Assembly (NCBI GenBank): GCA_005191425.1
Contig: SUPR01000020.1
Span: 8,519-40,518 of the forward strand
Length of the DNA: 32,000 nucleotides
Source of the DNA: Candidatus Helarchaeota ASGARD archaeon Hel_GB_B
Lineage (GTDB): Archaea > Asgardarchaeota > Lokiarchaeia > Helarchaeales > HEL-GB-B
Direction of reading: 5' to 3'
Shown: positions 10,012-20,129 of the stretch, one piece after another
Position numbering within the stretch: position 1 is the first letter of the stretch
Layout of the letters: the number at the start of each line of letters is the position of its first letter
Notes under the pieces: generated by a model
Database searches by the model: none
What the model was told of the DNA's origin: nothing
Seen by the model: the letters and a program-made list of their open reading frames with translations, nothing else
Program-made: the position numbers and the translations under genes

Positions 10012-10186
10012 CGAATATATTTTATTTTAATTTCTATTTGCTTCATTTATTAATTTAAATCATTTTTTGTCTACATTAAATTTAAATTTAAAATTGTCTA
10101 TTTATTAAACATTATCCGATTTAATTGAAAATAAAAAAATAGACTCGATTAGAATATCTGAAAAAAACTTTTTAAGGGTTATACTA

Positions 10187-10663
10187 TTGGACTTTATTAG
10201 AAAAATATTTTGGGCATCTGGAATAATTATAATTATTGTAACAATAATCAACTTTATTTCTTCAATTATCAATATCCAATGGACTATTTTTTGGATTATT
10301 ATAGGTGCATTGCTTATTATCTGTCCCGAGCTTTACTTTTTTCTTAGAAAATTTTTCCGCGTCAGATCGGTTGGAGAAATTCTTGACCAACACCCACGAA
10401 TTACCGAAAATCAATTGTTGAAATTTTTTGAAGATAAACCAGCTTTTAAAATTTTACCTGTTTTCCGCAATTATAAAAAAGGAATAATCGTTTTGTCTTC
10501 TGGTAGATATATTCATTATAATAATCAATTTATTGATAAATTTATTAATGAATATAATAAAACAAGTAATCTATCTAAGTTATCTGAAAATCTGAAACTG
10601 TCCAAAACTGAAATTCGGGATATAATCAAGAAATTGCAAGCATTAAAAATTTTAAGACCTTAA
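10187..10663 (+). CDS. hypothetical membrane protein (two N-terminal TM helices, possible C-terminal HTH)
   Basis: 158-aa ORF with two hydrophobic stretches in the first ~55 aa. The tail LSKLSENLKLSKTEIRDIIKKL looks HTH-like. Confidence 0.55.
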   Translation: MDFIRKIFWASGIIIIIVTIINFISSIINIQWTIFWIIIGALLIICPELYFFLRKFFRVRSVGEILDQHPRITENQLLKFFEDKPAFKILPVFRNYKKGIIVLSSGRYIHYNNQFIDKFINEYNKTSNLSKLSENLKLSKTEIRDIIKKLQALKILRP

Positions 10664-10671
10664 ACCATTTC

Positions 10672-10944
10672 TCATTTATAAAATAATTCCAACTCCTGCT
10701 TTTTATTAAGTAAATCCTTGGTAATTTCATATTGAAATGGATATTTTGAATTTTTATTTACTATCTTTATGTAATTATTATTTACCAACCATTTAACAAT
10801 TTTATAAATTTCATAATGAACATTTTCACCTTGATTAATTTTTAGTTTTTTCCTCAATTTTTTTATAGTAAATGTAAATTCATTATTATAATACATTATA
10901 GATAATAATTCAATTACATTTTTAAATAAATTCAACGAAATCAT
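10672..10944 (-). CDS. small winged-helix-type putative DNA-binding protein
   Basis: 90-aa basic ORF with a wHTH-like pattern (FTIKKLRKKL...IVKWLVNNNYIKIV...YEIT). Overlaps the upstream RHH gene. Confidence 0.45.
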   Translation of the reverse strand: MISLNLFKNVIELLSIMYYNNEFTFTIKKLRKKLKINQGENVHYEIYKIVKWLVNNNYIKIVNKNSKYPFQYEITKDLLNKKQELELFYK

Positions 10945-11167
10945 CCATTCTTTTTTGAATCATTTTAACCTTTCTTTTTTTCTCGTCCGTTTCATTCATT
11001 ACTTTTTCGTTATATTTATTTAATATTTTTAGGTCTCTTTTTATCATTCGGTCTAGTGCAACCCTAACAATTTCACTATAACAAGGACTTATTCCTTCCT
11101 CTATCAATTTATTCATTATTTTAATATGCGTTTCGGGAACCCTTATTGTTTTTCGTACTTTTGGCAT
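10922..11167 (-). CDS. ribbon-helix-helix (CopG/Arc-like) DNA-binding protein
   Basis: N-terminal beta-ribbon RKTIRVPE followed by LIEEG...YSEIVRVAL, the typical RHH pattern. Confidence 0.7.
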   Translation of the reverse strand: MPKVRKTIRVPETHIKIMNKLIEEGISPCYSEIVRVALDRMIKRDLKILNKYNEKVMNETDEKKRKVKMIQKRMDDFVEFI

Positions 11168-11679
11168 AATTTTTCCAGCCTTTTACTTTATGTTTTATTT
11201 TTGTTTTTTACTTTATTTAATATTTTCTTTTTCTTTCAGTTAAATTAATACCAAACTCTCTTATTTATTATTAACAATACCCATTTTTCCACTCCAGACC
11301 GACTAAAATCCCCACCTTTGGGTTTAAAAAGAAATTATAAAAATCTATGGTTTTTCAAAACTTTTTTTACCTCTAATTTAAAATTCAATAAAAATTTCTT
11401 ACCATAATAATCTGATTTTCTTTAAATTTGGAAAAACTCTAAAAATTAGAAGAAAATGCCCAATAAATGCCCTAAATTAATAGTTAAAATTTTAAATTGT
11501 ACATTATTTAATTTTAAATTCCAATTTAATTATAGTAGATTACTCTCTTGGAAAATAAAAATAAATTCCTAAATGAATTAAGATAAAGAATTTTTTTGTA
11601 AAATTTGTGCTAATATGTTTATATTAAATTATTAATATAAAATTTAATCGAAACTATTACTATATGTGTAGAAGTTTAA

Positions 11680-13050
11680 ATGAAATCGAGAAATTTTAAA
11701 TTATTATTAATGATAATAGTGAGTATAGCAATTGTATCATTAATTTTAATTCCACTAAATACTAATATTATTATAAAAAATTTCATAAGAAGCTATAATT
11801 CAGAGAGCAATTTAATGATCCGAAATAGTTCATTCAGTCCAAAATTGACATTTCAATCGGGATATATTGTAGAATCAATAGAAACAGAAAGCGATACAAA
11901 TGGAATACCAAAAATATATTTATTTAAGTGCCAAGACGGTACCAACTCTACTGTTGAAATTTTAAAATATTTTGAAAATGGTTATGACTGTTCTCAGAAT
12001 ATTGTATTTGATCATTTAAGTTCAGAGATTTTACTGGGCGATATCAATGGGGATTTTTATTCAGATATAATAGATGTGTATGGCGAATCTACGAGTAATA
12101 TAGATGCGCATTTACAGAACCCATCCAGTAAAATATTTTACAAGATACCAAATTCAATATATCCTATGTCATATCTAGTTTCAAAAACAGTATTGGCAGA
12201 TATGAGTGGTTCTGGCATATTTGATGTATTTCCGTTTTCAGATGATTTAAAATGGCTACGGTGGAACTCTACTACATCATCATTTATAAGATTGAATAAT
12301 CTCACATTAAAATTAGATCCAAATAGAACTTCGATAGTGATTCCTAGCATAATGTGGCGGTTGGACATTGATCAAGATTCTGATGATGAAATAATAATTT
12401 ATGGAAAAGATGCAATTAACCATTCCTATTTTTTAACTATAAACAAAAGGGTATCATTAAATTTATTTAATACAACTATTGAATTTACGAATTTAACCAG
12501 AGCTCCGACCTACAACCATATGATTTTAAGTGATGATATTAACGGAGATTTTCTGGAAGACCTAATAGCAGTAAATTCAACAGGAATGTATTTCTATTAC
12601 CAGGCAGCATATCATAAATTCTCTAAGAGATATAATGTATCCATATTAACTGGAACAAATTTGAAAGTAATTGAGAGTACTTATTTAAATCCAAATTCAT
12701 TGGTCGACCTAGTAGGGACTGACGGGATCTATCTCTATATATACCATGATATTATTAATAGGCTACCACCTATTGTAATTAATCCACCAAAAATGCTTTC
12801 AATTAGGAGCCTAAAAATAACTTATGTAAATTCTGATGATTCCCCAGATATTATTATGGTGGGAACGAGTGGAACAAATTCACAGGTCTATATATTCTAT
12901 CAAGAAGCTGAGAATTATTTTAAAACAGGTGGAGAAATTTTAATGGAAACAATATCAGCAGGCGCGTTAGCTAGTGTTACGGCATTGGGAATGGTAGTTG
13001 GGCAAGTTCAAGGTGGGTTCGAATCAGTAAGTAGGGGTACATCGGGCTAA
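11680..13050 (+). CDS. FG-GAP/VCBS-type beta-propeller surface protein; probably the 5' part of a longer gene 11680-13626
   Basis: N-terminal signal anchor; six DxxxD-type blade motifs (GDINGDFYSDI, ADMSGSGIFDV, LDIDQDSDDEI, DDINGDFLEDL, YLNPNSLVDL, YVNSDDSPDI); hydrophobic segment near the C-terminus. Confidence 0.75.
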   Translation: MKSRNFKLLLMIIVSIAIVSLILIPLNTNIIIKNFIRSYNSESNLMIRNSSFSPKLTFQSGYIVESIETESDTNGIPKIYLFKCQDGTNSTVEILKYFENGYDCSQNIVFDHLSSEILLGDINGDFYSDIIDVYGESTSNIDAHLQNPSSKIFYKIPNSIYPMSYLVSKTVLADMSGSGIFDVFPFSDDLKWLRWNSTTSSFIRLNNLTLKLDPNRTSIVIPSIMWRLDIDQDSDDEIIIYGKDAINHSYFLTINKRVSLNLFNTTIEFTNLTRAPTYNHMILSDDINGDFLEDLIAVNSTGMYFYYQAAYHKFSKRYNVSILTGTNLKVIESTYLNPNSLVDLVGTDGIYLYIYHDIINRLPPIVINPPKMLSIRSLKITYVNSDDSPDIIMVGTSGTNSQVYIFYQEAENYFKTGGEILMETISAGALASVTALGMVVGQVQGGFESVSRGTSG

Positions 13051-13149
13051 TTTGGGGGAAAAGATGGTATTGGAATTGAAAATAAATCGGAATCATCAAA
13101 AATAGATTTTGGTATAAAGAGGCCAAGTAAATGGTTTAAAAGGAAAAAA

Positions 13150-13626
13150 ATGGTGATGTATACTACTTCATTAGGACTTAGTTCATTCTTAAGTCTGGCA
13201 TTTATATTTCTTATCTATCCAATATTATTAAGCAGTCCTTGGCTCGTCTGGGTGGGTACAATTATTGGACCAATTGGTTTTTTCTATGGGACTTATGATT
13301 TTGTTTATGTTGGATTATATACTCATAAAGGAAATCTATGGAAAGCATATTATAAAGGCAAAACTAAATTCTTTTGGGATGTTTTTAGCTGGGCTAAACC
13401 AATATTAACAATTTGGTGCACTTATACCACAGTAAATATGTTTCTAATTTTGACATTCTCGAATATCTTCTGGGCAATTACATCTATTGGAATATTATGT
13501 GCTGGAATGATTGGACTTCTTTTACTATCTATTTATGGCTTTAAAGTAGACAAAATAATAGAAGTCGATGAGTTAAGAAAAAAATCTCTTGATTATATAA
13601 AGCAGAAAAAAAATAATGATGAATAA
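13150..13626 (+). CDS. multi-pass membrane segment; probably the 3' part of the FG-GAP gene
   Basis: About four hydrophobic helices. Same frame as 11680-13050, separated by one TAA (13048-13050) and 33 sense codons. Confidence 0.6.
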   Translation: MVMYTTSLGLSSFLSLAFIFLIYPILLSSPWLVWVGTIIGPIGFFYGTYDFVYVGLYTHKGNLWKAYYKGKTKFFWDVFSWAKPILTIWCTYTTVNMFLILTFSNIFWAITSIGILCAGMIGLLLLSIYGFKVDKIIEVDELRKKSLDYIKQKKNNDE

Positions 13627-13762
13627 ACTCTTAATAATTCCTTTATTTTTTAAATTTTGAAATATATCTTCTGAATTACTAAAAAATTTCTTTTAAATAG
13701 GTTTTAAACCATTTTATATGATTTTCTATTTTTATCTCAATCCAATCTTTCTTAATTTAAAT

Positions 13763-14494
13763 TCATAATGGATTTGACGAGATAGCGTCATTTTGAATTT
13801 TAATCAATTTTTTGATACCAGACCAGGATAAATTAATTAGTTTATTTAGTTCATTGATATCAAAAGGATTTCCTTCAGCAGTAGCTTGAATTTCAACAAG
13901 TTTTTGGGATTTGGTCATTACACAATTTAAATCAACACTTGCCTTAGAGTCTTCATCATAACACAAATCAAGTAAATATTCATTTCCGACAATACCAGAA
14001 GATATAGCGGCAATTGGTTCAATTATTGGGTTCTCTTCGATTGTGCCATTATTTAAAAGTTTTTGAATTGCTGCTGTTAGAGCAATATAACTACCAGTAA
14101 TGCTTGCACACCTAGTACCGCCATCAGCTTGTATTACATCACAATCAACAATAATGGAATGTTCACCAATCTTGGTAAGGTCAATTATAGCTCTTAAAGA
14201 CCTGCCAATAAGTCGAGATATTTCTTGAGTACGACCATGAACATGTCCGAGTTTACTTTCTCGTACATTTCTAATGTGAGTAGCAGATGGGAGCATACTA
14301 TATTCTGCAGTTAACCACCCTTTTTCTGTGCCCTGTAGGAATTTAGGCACCTCATCTTTAATGGATATATTACATATTACCCGAGTATTTCCTTGAGTAA
14401 TTAAAATAGAACCTTCGGGATATAAAATATAATTTGGATAACCTTCAATTATGGTTTTTCTAATCTCATCATTAGCCCTACCATCAATTCGCAT
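13763..14494 (-). CDS. rph: bacterial-type ribonuclease PH
   Basis: MRIDGR start (ATG 14494; the track extends to TTG 14542), EGSIL, GWLTAEYSMLP, GRTQEISRLIGRSLR, DCDVIQADGGTRCASITG, DLCYDEDS, EIQATAEGNPF. Confidence 0.92.
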   Translation of the reverse strand: MRIDGRANDEIRKTIIEGYPNYILYPEGSILITQGNTRVICNISIKDEVPKFLQGTEKGWLTAEYSMLPSATHIRNVRESKLGHVHGRTQEISRLIGRSLRAIIDLTKIGEHSIIVDCDVIQADGGTRCASITGSYIALTAAIQKLLNNGTIEENPIIEPIAAISSGIVGNEYLLDLCYDEDSKASVDLNCVMTKSQKLVEIQATAEGNPFDINELNKLINLSWSGIKKLIKIQNDAISSNPL

Positions 14495-14729
14495 GATAAT
14501 TAGCAACCTATGGTTTTTTTTTAATTGTCTATATATCTCCAATTTGGTATATTAAAAAATTTTCAATATTGACTTGATTTGAATTTAGATCTTTTGTAGA
14601 ATATTTGAATAATAAAATAGAAATAATATTTTCTCAGAATTAAAGTATAGTTATTTATAAATGAAAATATTTGAAAAAATCTTTATTAAAAATAGAAAAA
14701 AAAAGATTTAAAGAATATATTAAGCAATT

Positions 14730-16907
14730 CTAAATAATACCTATCAATATTATAATTAAATAATTGAATATTGAATATGTCATAATGAATAGGGGAAAAA
14801 ATGTTAGTGCCATATTATTAATAGTAGTAACAAAACTTCCAAGACTTGAACCGGCAGTATCTTTACACGGATCACCTACCGTATCACCAATAACAGCCGC
14901 CTTATATGCTTCAATTGTTTCGGGCTTGGATTTATCTCGGAGTGTTTTGCGTAATTTTTTTGCATTGTCCCAGCTTGCACCAGCGATATTTAAATAAATA
15001 CCCATAGCCCCACCAACGAAGGTACCGATTATTAAGAATGCACCAGCGGTTAGTGGACCTAGAAATATTCCAACTATTATAGGCATAGTTATAATTAAAA
15101 TTGAAGGTGAGATCATATTTTTTAATGCAGATTTTGTGCTTATATCAACACAAATATCATAATCTGGTTTCTCTATGTCTTGCATTATACCGGGTTTAAC
15201 TCTAAATTGTCGTCTAACTTCCTCGATCATATCAAATGCAGTTTTTCCGACAGCTCTCATTAACATCGAAACAAACATAAAAACAGTTGCAACACCAAAA
15301 ATTCCACCAATTGCGATTTGTGGGAGCCCAATATTAATAATTGGAGCAAATCCAGCATCTTCTAACAGCTGTAAATATGCAAAAATGGTAACAAATCCTA
15401 TAACAGTCCCACTAATAATTGAAAATCCTTTCGTAAGTGATTTGGTACTATTTCCAGTCGCATCTAATTTGTCTATATTACTACGAATTTCAGGTTCCAT
15501 ATTTGCCATTTCGGAAATTCCACCAGCATTGTCAGAAATGGGCCCAAACCCGTCCATTGATAATATTATACCTGTTCCACTTGTCATCCCCATTGCCATT
15601 AGGACAATTCCATAAATTCCACCCGTAGATAAAGATACTGTAAGATAACTTACTTGTAAAGCAAAAGCTAGACCACAACCATAAGCTCCCAAAATTAAAA
15701 TTCCCATGATAATTAATGGTATAAAAACAGACCTCAGACCATTAGCCATTCCAGATATTATAGTAGTAGCAGGCCCTGTCTCGGATTCATCTGAAATTTC
15801 TTTGACTGCCTTCGAATTAAATCCAGTATATCGTTCGACTATTTTTCCTATTAGTAGATTCGCAATTATACCAAATATTGCAGCAAATACTAAAAAAATC
15901 GACGAAAAAATAACATAGATAGAAATTACATAAAATACTCCAATTAATAGACTACTAATATAAAGCCCTTTATTTAATAATTTCCATATATCTTTCTCTT
16001 TTTCCGCTTTTTTACTCATATTCACAATAAAATAACCAATTATAGTTGAAATAGCCGCAATAAACCTAACCAAAAACGGAAAAAATATTAATGCCTCACT
16101 AGCCATTCCACCTGATAACTCCCATAATGCTAATCCCAGTATCATTGATGAAATTATTTCTGAGGTTAATGTCTCGTAAAGATCAGCACTTCTGCCAGCA
16201 CAATCGCCAACATTATCTCCAACTGCATCGGCAATTACTGCAGGATTTCTATGGTCATCTTCAGGAATCCCTGCTTCAAGTTTTCCGACTATGTCTGCAC
16301 CGATATCGGCCCCCTTCGTAAAAATCCCGCCCCCTAATTGGGCAATAACTGAGGTAAAAGAGCTCCCAAAAGCACATCCAGCAATATTTAACATTACAGT
16401 ATGATAGTCCATATTCATTAAATATCTGAAAATTGAAAAAGTCACTATTATTTGAATTATATTTATTCCAAATACTAATAGCCCCATAATCGTCCCGCCA
16501 TCAAACGCAGTTTTGGTCGCATTTAAAAGCCCCTTCTTAGCTACTAATGTTACTCGAACATTCGTCCTGGTTGCCAAGTCCATTCCTATAAAACTTGCAG
16601 CCAACGATGTAATTGTACCAATTAAGTATGAGAGTCCTACCCACCCATTTGAAACAAAACCAAAGTAAAAATCGGAAATACCAAATACTAAGAAAAGTAA
16701 AATAGCTATTAACAATGTAATAATTAAAATAGTTTTGAATTCTCGCTTCATATATGCTTTTGCGCCAGTTCTAATTGCTTTGAATATTTCATTTGTTATA
16801 CCAGTACCAGTTGATAATTTACTTACTTTAAACCAGAGATATAAAGCAAATCCTATGGATAATGATCCAGCAATAGTACCAAGCATTAAAAATAAAAGTG
16901 GTATCAT
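14730..16907 (-). CDS. hppA: membrane-bound pyrophosphatase, predicted K+-independent H+-translocating type
   Basis: GGGIFTKGADIGADIVGKLEAGIPEDDHRNPAVIADAVGDNVGD, DGFGPISDNAGG, GDTVGDPCKD; GNSTKS has Lys at the K+-dependence position. Confidence 0.93.
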   Translation of the reverse strand: MIPLLFLMLGTIAGSLSIGFALYLWFKVSKLSTGTGITNEIFKAIRTGAKAYMKREFKTILIITLLIAILLFLVFGISDFYFGFVSNGWVGLSYLIGTITSLAASFIGMDLATRTNVRVTLVAKKGLLNATKTAFDGGTIMGLLVFGINIIQIIVTFSIFRYLMNMDYHTVMLNIAGCAFGSSFTSVIAQLGGGIFTKGADIGADIVGKLEAGIPEDDHRNPAVIADAVGDNVGDCAGRSADLYETLTSEIISSMILGLALWELSGGMASEALIFFPFLVRFIAAISTIIGYFIVNMSKKAEKEKDIWKLLNKGLYISSLLIGVFYVISIYVIFSSIFLVFAAIFGIIANLLIGKIVERYTGFNSKAVKEISDESETGPATTIISGMANGLRSVFIPLIIMGILILGAYGCGLAFALQVSYLTVSLSTGGIYGIVLMAMGMTSGTGIILSMDGFGPISDNAGGISEMANMEPEIRSNIDKLDATGNSTKSLTKGFSIISGTVIGFVTIFAYLQLLEDAGFAPIINIGLPQIAIGGIFGVATVFMFVSMLMRAVGKTAFDMIEEVRRQFRVKPGIMQDIEKPDYDICVDISTKSALKNMISPSILIITMPIIVGIFLGPLTAGAFLIIGTFVGGAMGIYLNIAGASWDNAKKLRKTLRDKSKPETIEAYKAAVIGDTVGDPCKDTAGSSLGSFVTTINNMALTFFPLFIMTYSIFNYLIIILIGII

Positions 16908-17129
16908 ATTTTTTACACTCTGTATTTGTTTTTGTATATTCTTAAGATTGATAAAATTAGATAATCGATTTCAAATTTCATTTAATAATTTTTTTCAAAG
17001 TTTTATCATGAATTAAAATTAAGTAATAAATAAAGGAATATTTTAAAAAAAAATAAAAAACAAATATCAAATATTTATTAAATAAAAAAGTCCAAATTTT
17101 AATTGAAAAATTCATTTTGAATTTATATT

Positions 17130-18257
17130 TTAATTTTTGTATATTCCATATTTTTTACCGGCATTTATCATAGCTTGTACATTAATAAATTTAGCATCAG
17201 ATGCAACTTCACAACCAGAACCTAAAATAAACCCCCCACCCTCTTTACACTTTTCAATGATGCGTTTACAATATTTATCTACCTCCTTCGCTGTTCCAAT
17301 AGATAGTATGGTCGAACTTACATTCCCCATTAAACACATTCTATCTCCGAGAATTTCCTTCGCCTTAATTATATCTGTATTTTCAAGGTGCAAGATATAC
17401 CTCCCATTTTTTGGTAATTCTAAAAAATATTCAAGAAATGGCCCCCAATTTGTGTCCATATGAAAAAGATTTGTATATCCAAGCTTATTATTAATTTTAA
17501 CAATTTGTTTTATATATGGTAAAACTAAATCTTCGAATATCTCTGCCGAAATAAAATTATTGGAAACTCGTTCAAGACAAATATAGGATCTATTTACCCT
17601 TACTAATTTTTTCAAAAATAAATCGTTTGCAATTAGTCCTTTTATCATGAAATCACACATTTCCTTTAATTCTTCTCTATTTTTATGAAGATATCGAGAC
17701 CACCTCTTTATACCGCATAAATAAGACAGGGTTTCCAGCGGAGTAATATTGGCAGAACCAGTATATACTGGGACTCTCCTTTTTTTCTCCCAATAATTAA
17801 TGAATTTAGCAATCTTAAACATGTCCATTTGCGTCCTGAAAATTTTCCGAGGAGAAACATATCTCCAAATTGAACTAAAACCACTTTTCATTATATTCTT
17901 AAAATCTTCAATTTTGAGGATCGGACGCTCAATAAACTGCAAACTACCATTTCTTAAATGCGGTATATTTAACTCACTAAAAAAACCAGAATGTGCTGCA
18001 GGTATAGGCTCGTAAAATGCATATACTCTACCAATTGGAATATGCACCATATCTAAATCACGACCATGTCTTTCATATGTTGTTTTTACTGCCCGCGCCG
18101 CTATCTTAAAATCTCCCAAAACATATTCAGCTGGCGTGATACCCGCACAATTTGCATAATAATAGTCCATTAATGGTGCAATAGGTACCCTATCTGGCTC
18201 TTTTAATAATACTGCCGTATTAAATCGTTCCATCGAAGTCATTTCGTCCTTTTTCAT
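17130..18257 (-). CDS. uroporphyrinogen decarboxylase/MtaA-CmuA methyltransferase superfamily protein
   Basis: MTSMERF...EPDRVP N-terminus, FHMDT, CLMGNVS, C-terminal GGGFILGSGCEV...NVQAMINA. Substrate cannot be assigned. Confidence 0.8.
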   Translation of the reverse strand: MKKDEMTSMERFNTAVLLKEPDRVPIAPLMDYYYANCAGITPAEYVLGDFKIAARAVKTTYERHGRDLDMVHIPIGRVYAFYEPIPAAHSGFFSELNIPHLRNGSLQFIERPILKIEDFKNIMKSGFSSIWRYVSPRKIFRTQMDMFKIAKFINYWEKKRRVPVYTGSANITPLETLSYLCGIKRWSRYLHKNREELKEMCDFMIKGLIANDLFLKKLVRVNRSYICLERVSNNFISAEIFEDLVLPYIKQIVKINNKLGYTNLFHMDTNWGPFLEYFLELPKNGRYILHLENTDIIKAKEILGDRMCLMGNVSSTILSIGTAKEVDKYCKRIIEKCKEGGGFILGSGCEVASDAKFINVQAMINAGKKYGIYKN

Positions 18258-18263
18258 ATTCTT

Positions 18264-18578
18264 TCACTTGAACTCCATTTTGCTATTTCTTTTCATATGT
18301 CTCATTCTATCTATAATGTAAAAATTCAGCCCGATATAATCACTAAATATACCAAAACTCATATCTCGAGTTGCATTTATAATAATCCGCAATAAATATG
18401 GTAGACTAACTAATATCGCATAAATAAAATGAAAAAAATCCCATAAAATTAATCTATAATAAAACAATCGAACTTGATTCTTGTTTTTTCTTGAATTAAA
18501 CTTTGTACCAAATAGTAATTCTTTATAATAATTAAGATATTCATTATAATTTAATTTCTCATCAGTCAATTTTCTCAC
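18264..18578 (-). CDS. hypothetical small protein with one hydrophobic segment
   Basis: 104-aa ORF ending 6 nt before the UroD-family start; hydrophobic stretch LILWDFFHFIYAILVSLPYLL. Confidence 0.45.
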   Translation of the reverse strand: MRKLTDEKLNYNEYLNYYKELLFGTKFNSRKNKNQVRLFYYRLILWDFFHFIYAILVSLPYLLRIIINATRDMSFGIFSDYIGLNFYIIDRMRHMKRNSKMEFK

Positions 18579-18761
18579 AGTTAATTAAAAATAATTTAAA
18601 ATTTTTCGAAAGTTTGATTTTTTATAAATCATTCATCAAATTAAATAAAAACACATTATATATAAAAATTTAAAAAACTATGGAAGAAGAATTAAGATTT
18701 CAACTATTATAAACCCATTCTAATTTAAATTTTCAAACGTTAATTAAAAAAATATTAATAA

Positions 18762-19778
18762 TTAGATTGTATCTTCAATTTTTATTTTAGGTGGATTGAT
18801 AATCTCTTCTATTGTATTATTTTTATATAATTTATTGGCAAATATATACAAATTTTCAAAATCTAAAGGCTCATTTGCTTCTTGTTCTAAAGTCCAATAA
18901 TATGTGGGAAGTCGATGCTTTAAATCCTTGATCCTTAATAACTGATTTTCTCGCATTTTTCTTAAAAATTCATTGTCTTTTATAACACTTTCTCCAATTA
19001 TTTTGTTTATATAGACCGCATCAACTTCATGATACACCGCAAACATATCAACTGCCCTTATTGTCTCCTGAATTGCAGCCCATTCTGGAATCGAAACAAG
19101 TCTTAATGTCAAATATTTTTCTATTATTTTGTTTACAATATCTCCTCTCTTTTTTAACTTTTTTAAATAATCAAGTAATTGAGAAAGAGGACTATTTAAA
19201 CTTAACATTTTTGTGGGGTTCAATGCCCTTCGGACACCCTCATATGCTAACACAATCGGTGCTCTATAACTTAAAAAATTAGTCATCAACTCCTGAACAA
19301 AAAATTTTGGGACTTCCAATAAATTAATCGTCCCGCCAGTTGGAGGAAAATCCGATATTATAAACGAATATTCTTTTGATTTTGCCGCATTAAAAAAGAG
19401 CTGAAAAAAAGCAGACACTTTAGCTTGCTTCGGTAAATTGGAACTTTGAAGCATAGATTCAATTAATATTTTTAAAGAGGGGACCATATTTGGTATAGCA
19501 AGGTCATAGATTGTTTTTTTCATTAACTTGAAAATCGGCTCTGAATACTCTTTTATATAATGTTCTGGGTCTGGCTCTATTACATCTAAATAATCTGATA
19601 CTGGTGTTATTTTATCTCCAATTTTCTTGTTGAAGATATCACTCAAATTATGCGCTATATCAAATGAAATTAATAACGTCTTCTCCTGCAAATCTTGAGA
19701 TAACTTCACCGCTGTCGCACTTGATATAGTGGTCTTTCCTACACCACCTTTACCACTGAATATAAATACTTTTTTCAT
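18762..19778 (-). CDS. single-domain ArsA/Get3 (TRC40)-family SIMIBI ATPase
   Basis: Deviant Walker A GKGGVGKTT, DIAHNLSDIF (cf. DPAHNLSD), DFPPTGG (cf. DTAPTGH), IPE...ET, YINK. AGGTG RBS upstream. Confidence 0.85.
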   Translation of the reverse strand: MKKVFIFSGKGGVGKTTISSATAVKLSQDLQEKTLLISFDIAHNLSDIFNKKIGDKITPVSDYLDVIEPDPEHYIKEYSEPIFKLMKKTIYDLAIPNMVPSLKILIESMLQSSNLPKQAKVSAFFQLFFNAAKSKEYSFIISDFPPTGGTINLLEVPKFFVQELMTNFLSYRAPIVLAYEGVRRALNPTKMLSLNSPLSQLLDYLKKLKKRGDIVNKIIEKYLTLRLVSIPEWAAIQETIRAVDMFAVYHEVDAVYINKIIGESVIKDNEFLRKMRENQLLRIKDLKHRLPTYYWTLEQEANEPLDFENLYIFANKLYKNNTIEEIINPPKIKIEDTI

Positions 19779-20129
19779 TGAAACACCTTAAAGTTGAAAT
19801 TTATTTGAAAATTTAAATTTTATTTTAATTTGGTAAAATAGTATTATTCATTAAACATATATAAATTTAAGTTATGTCTCTCTATTAATAAAAAATATTT
19901 TCAGTAATTGAAACAAATTTCTTCTAAAATTTCAAAAATTAAATAAATTAAATACTCTTTTTTATCTTTTACTAAAAATAATCGAAAATTTTTTTACTTA
20001 CAATTTACTATTTAAAAGATACAAATATATTGAAAATAATTAAAATCAATACCTAATTAATTTCCCATTTATAATTTATACCCTTCTATATTAATCACCT
20101 CATTTAAAAATTTAATTGTGGAAAATATA

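Noticed and set aside
13010-13030. GGTTCGAATC, a tRNA T-loop-like motif.
   Set aside because: The flanks cannot form a T-stem or cloverleaf, and it lies in coding sequence (GFES).
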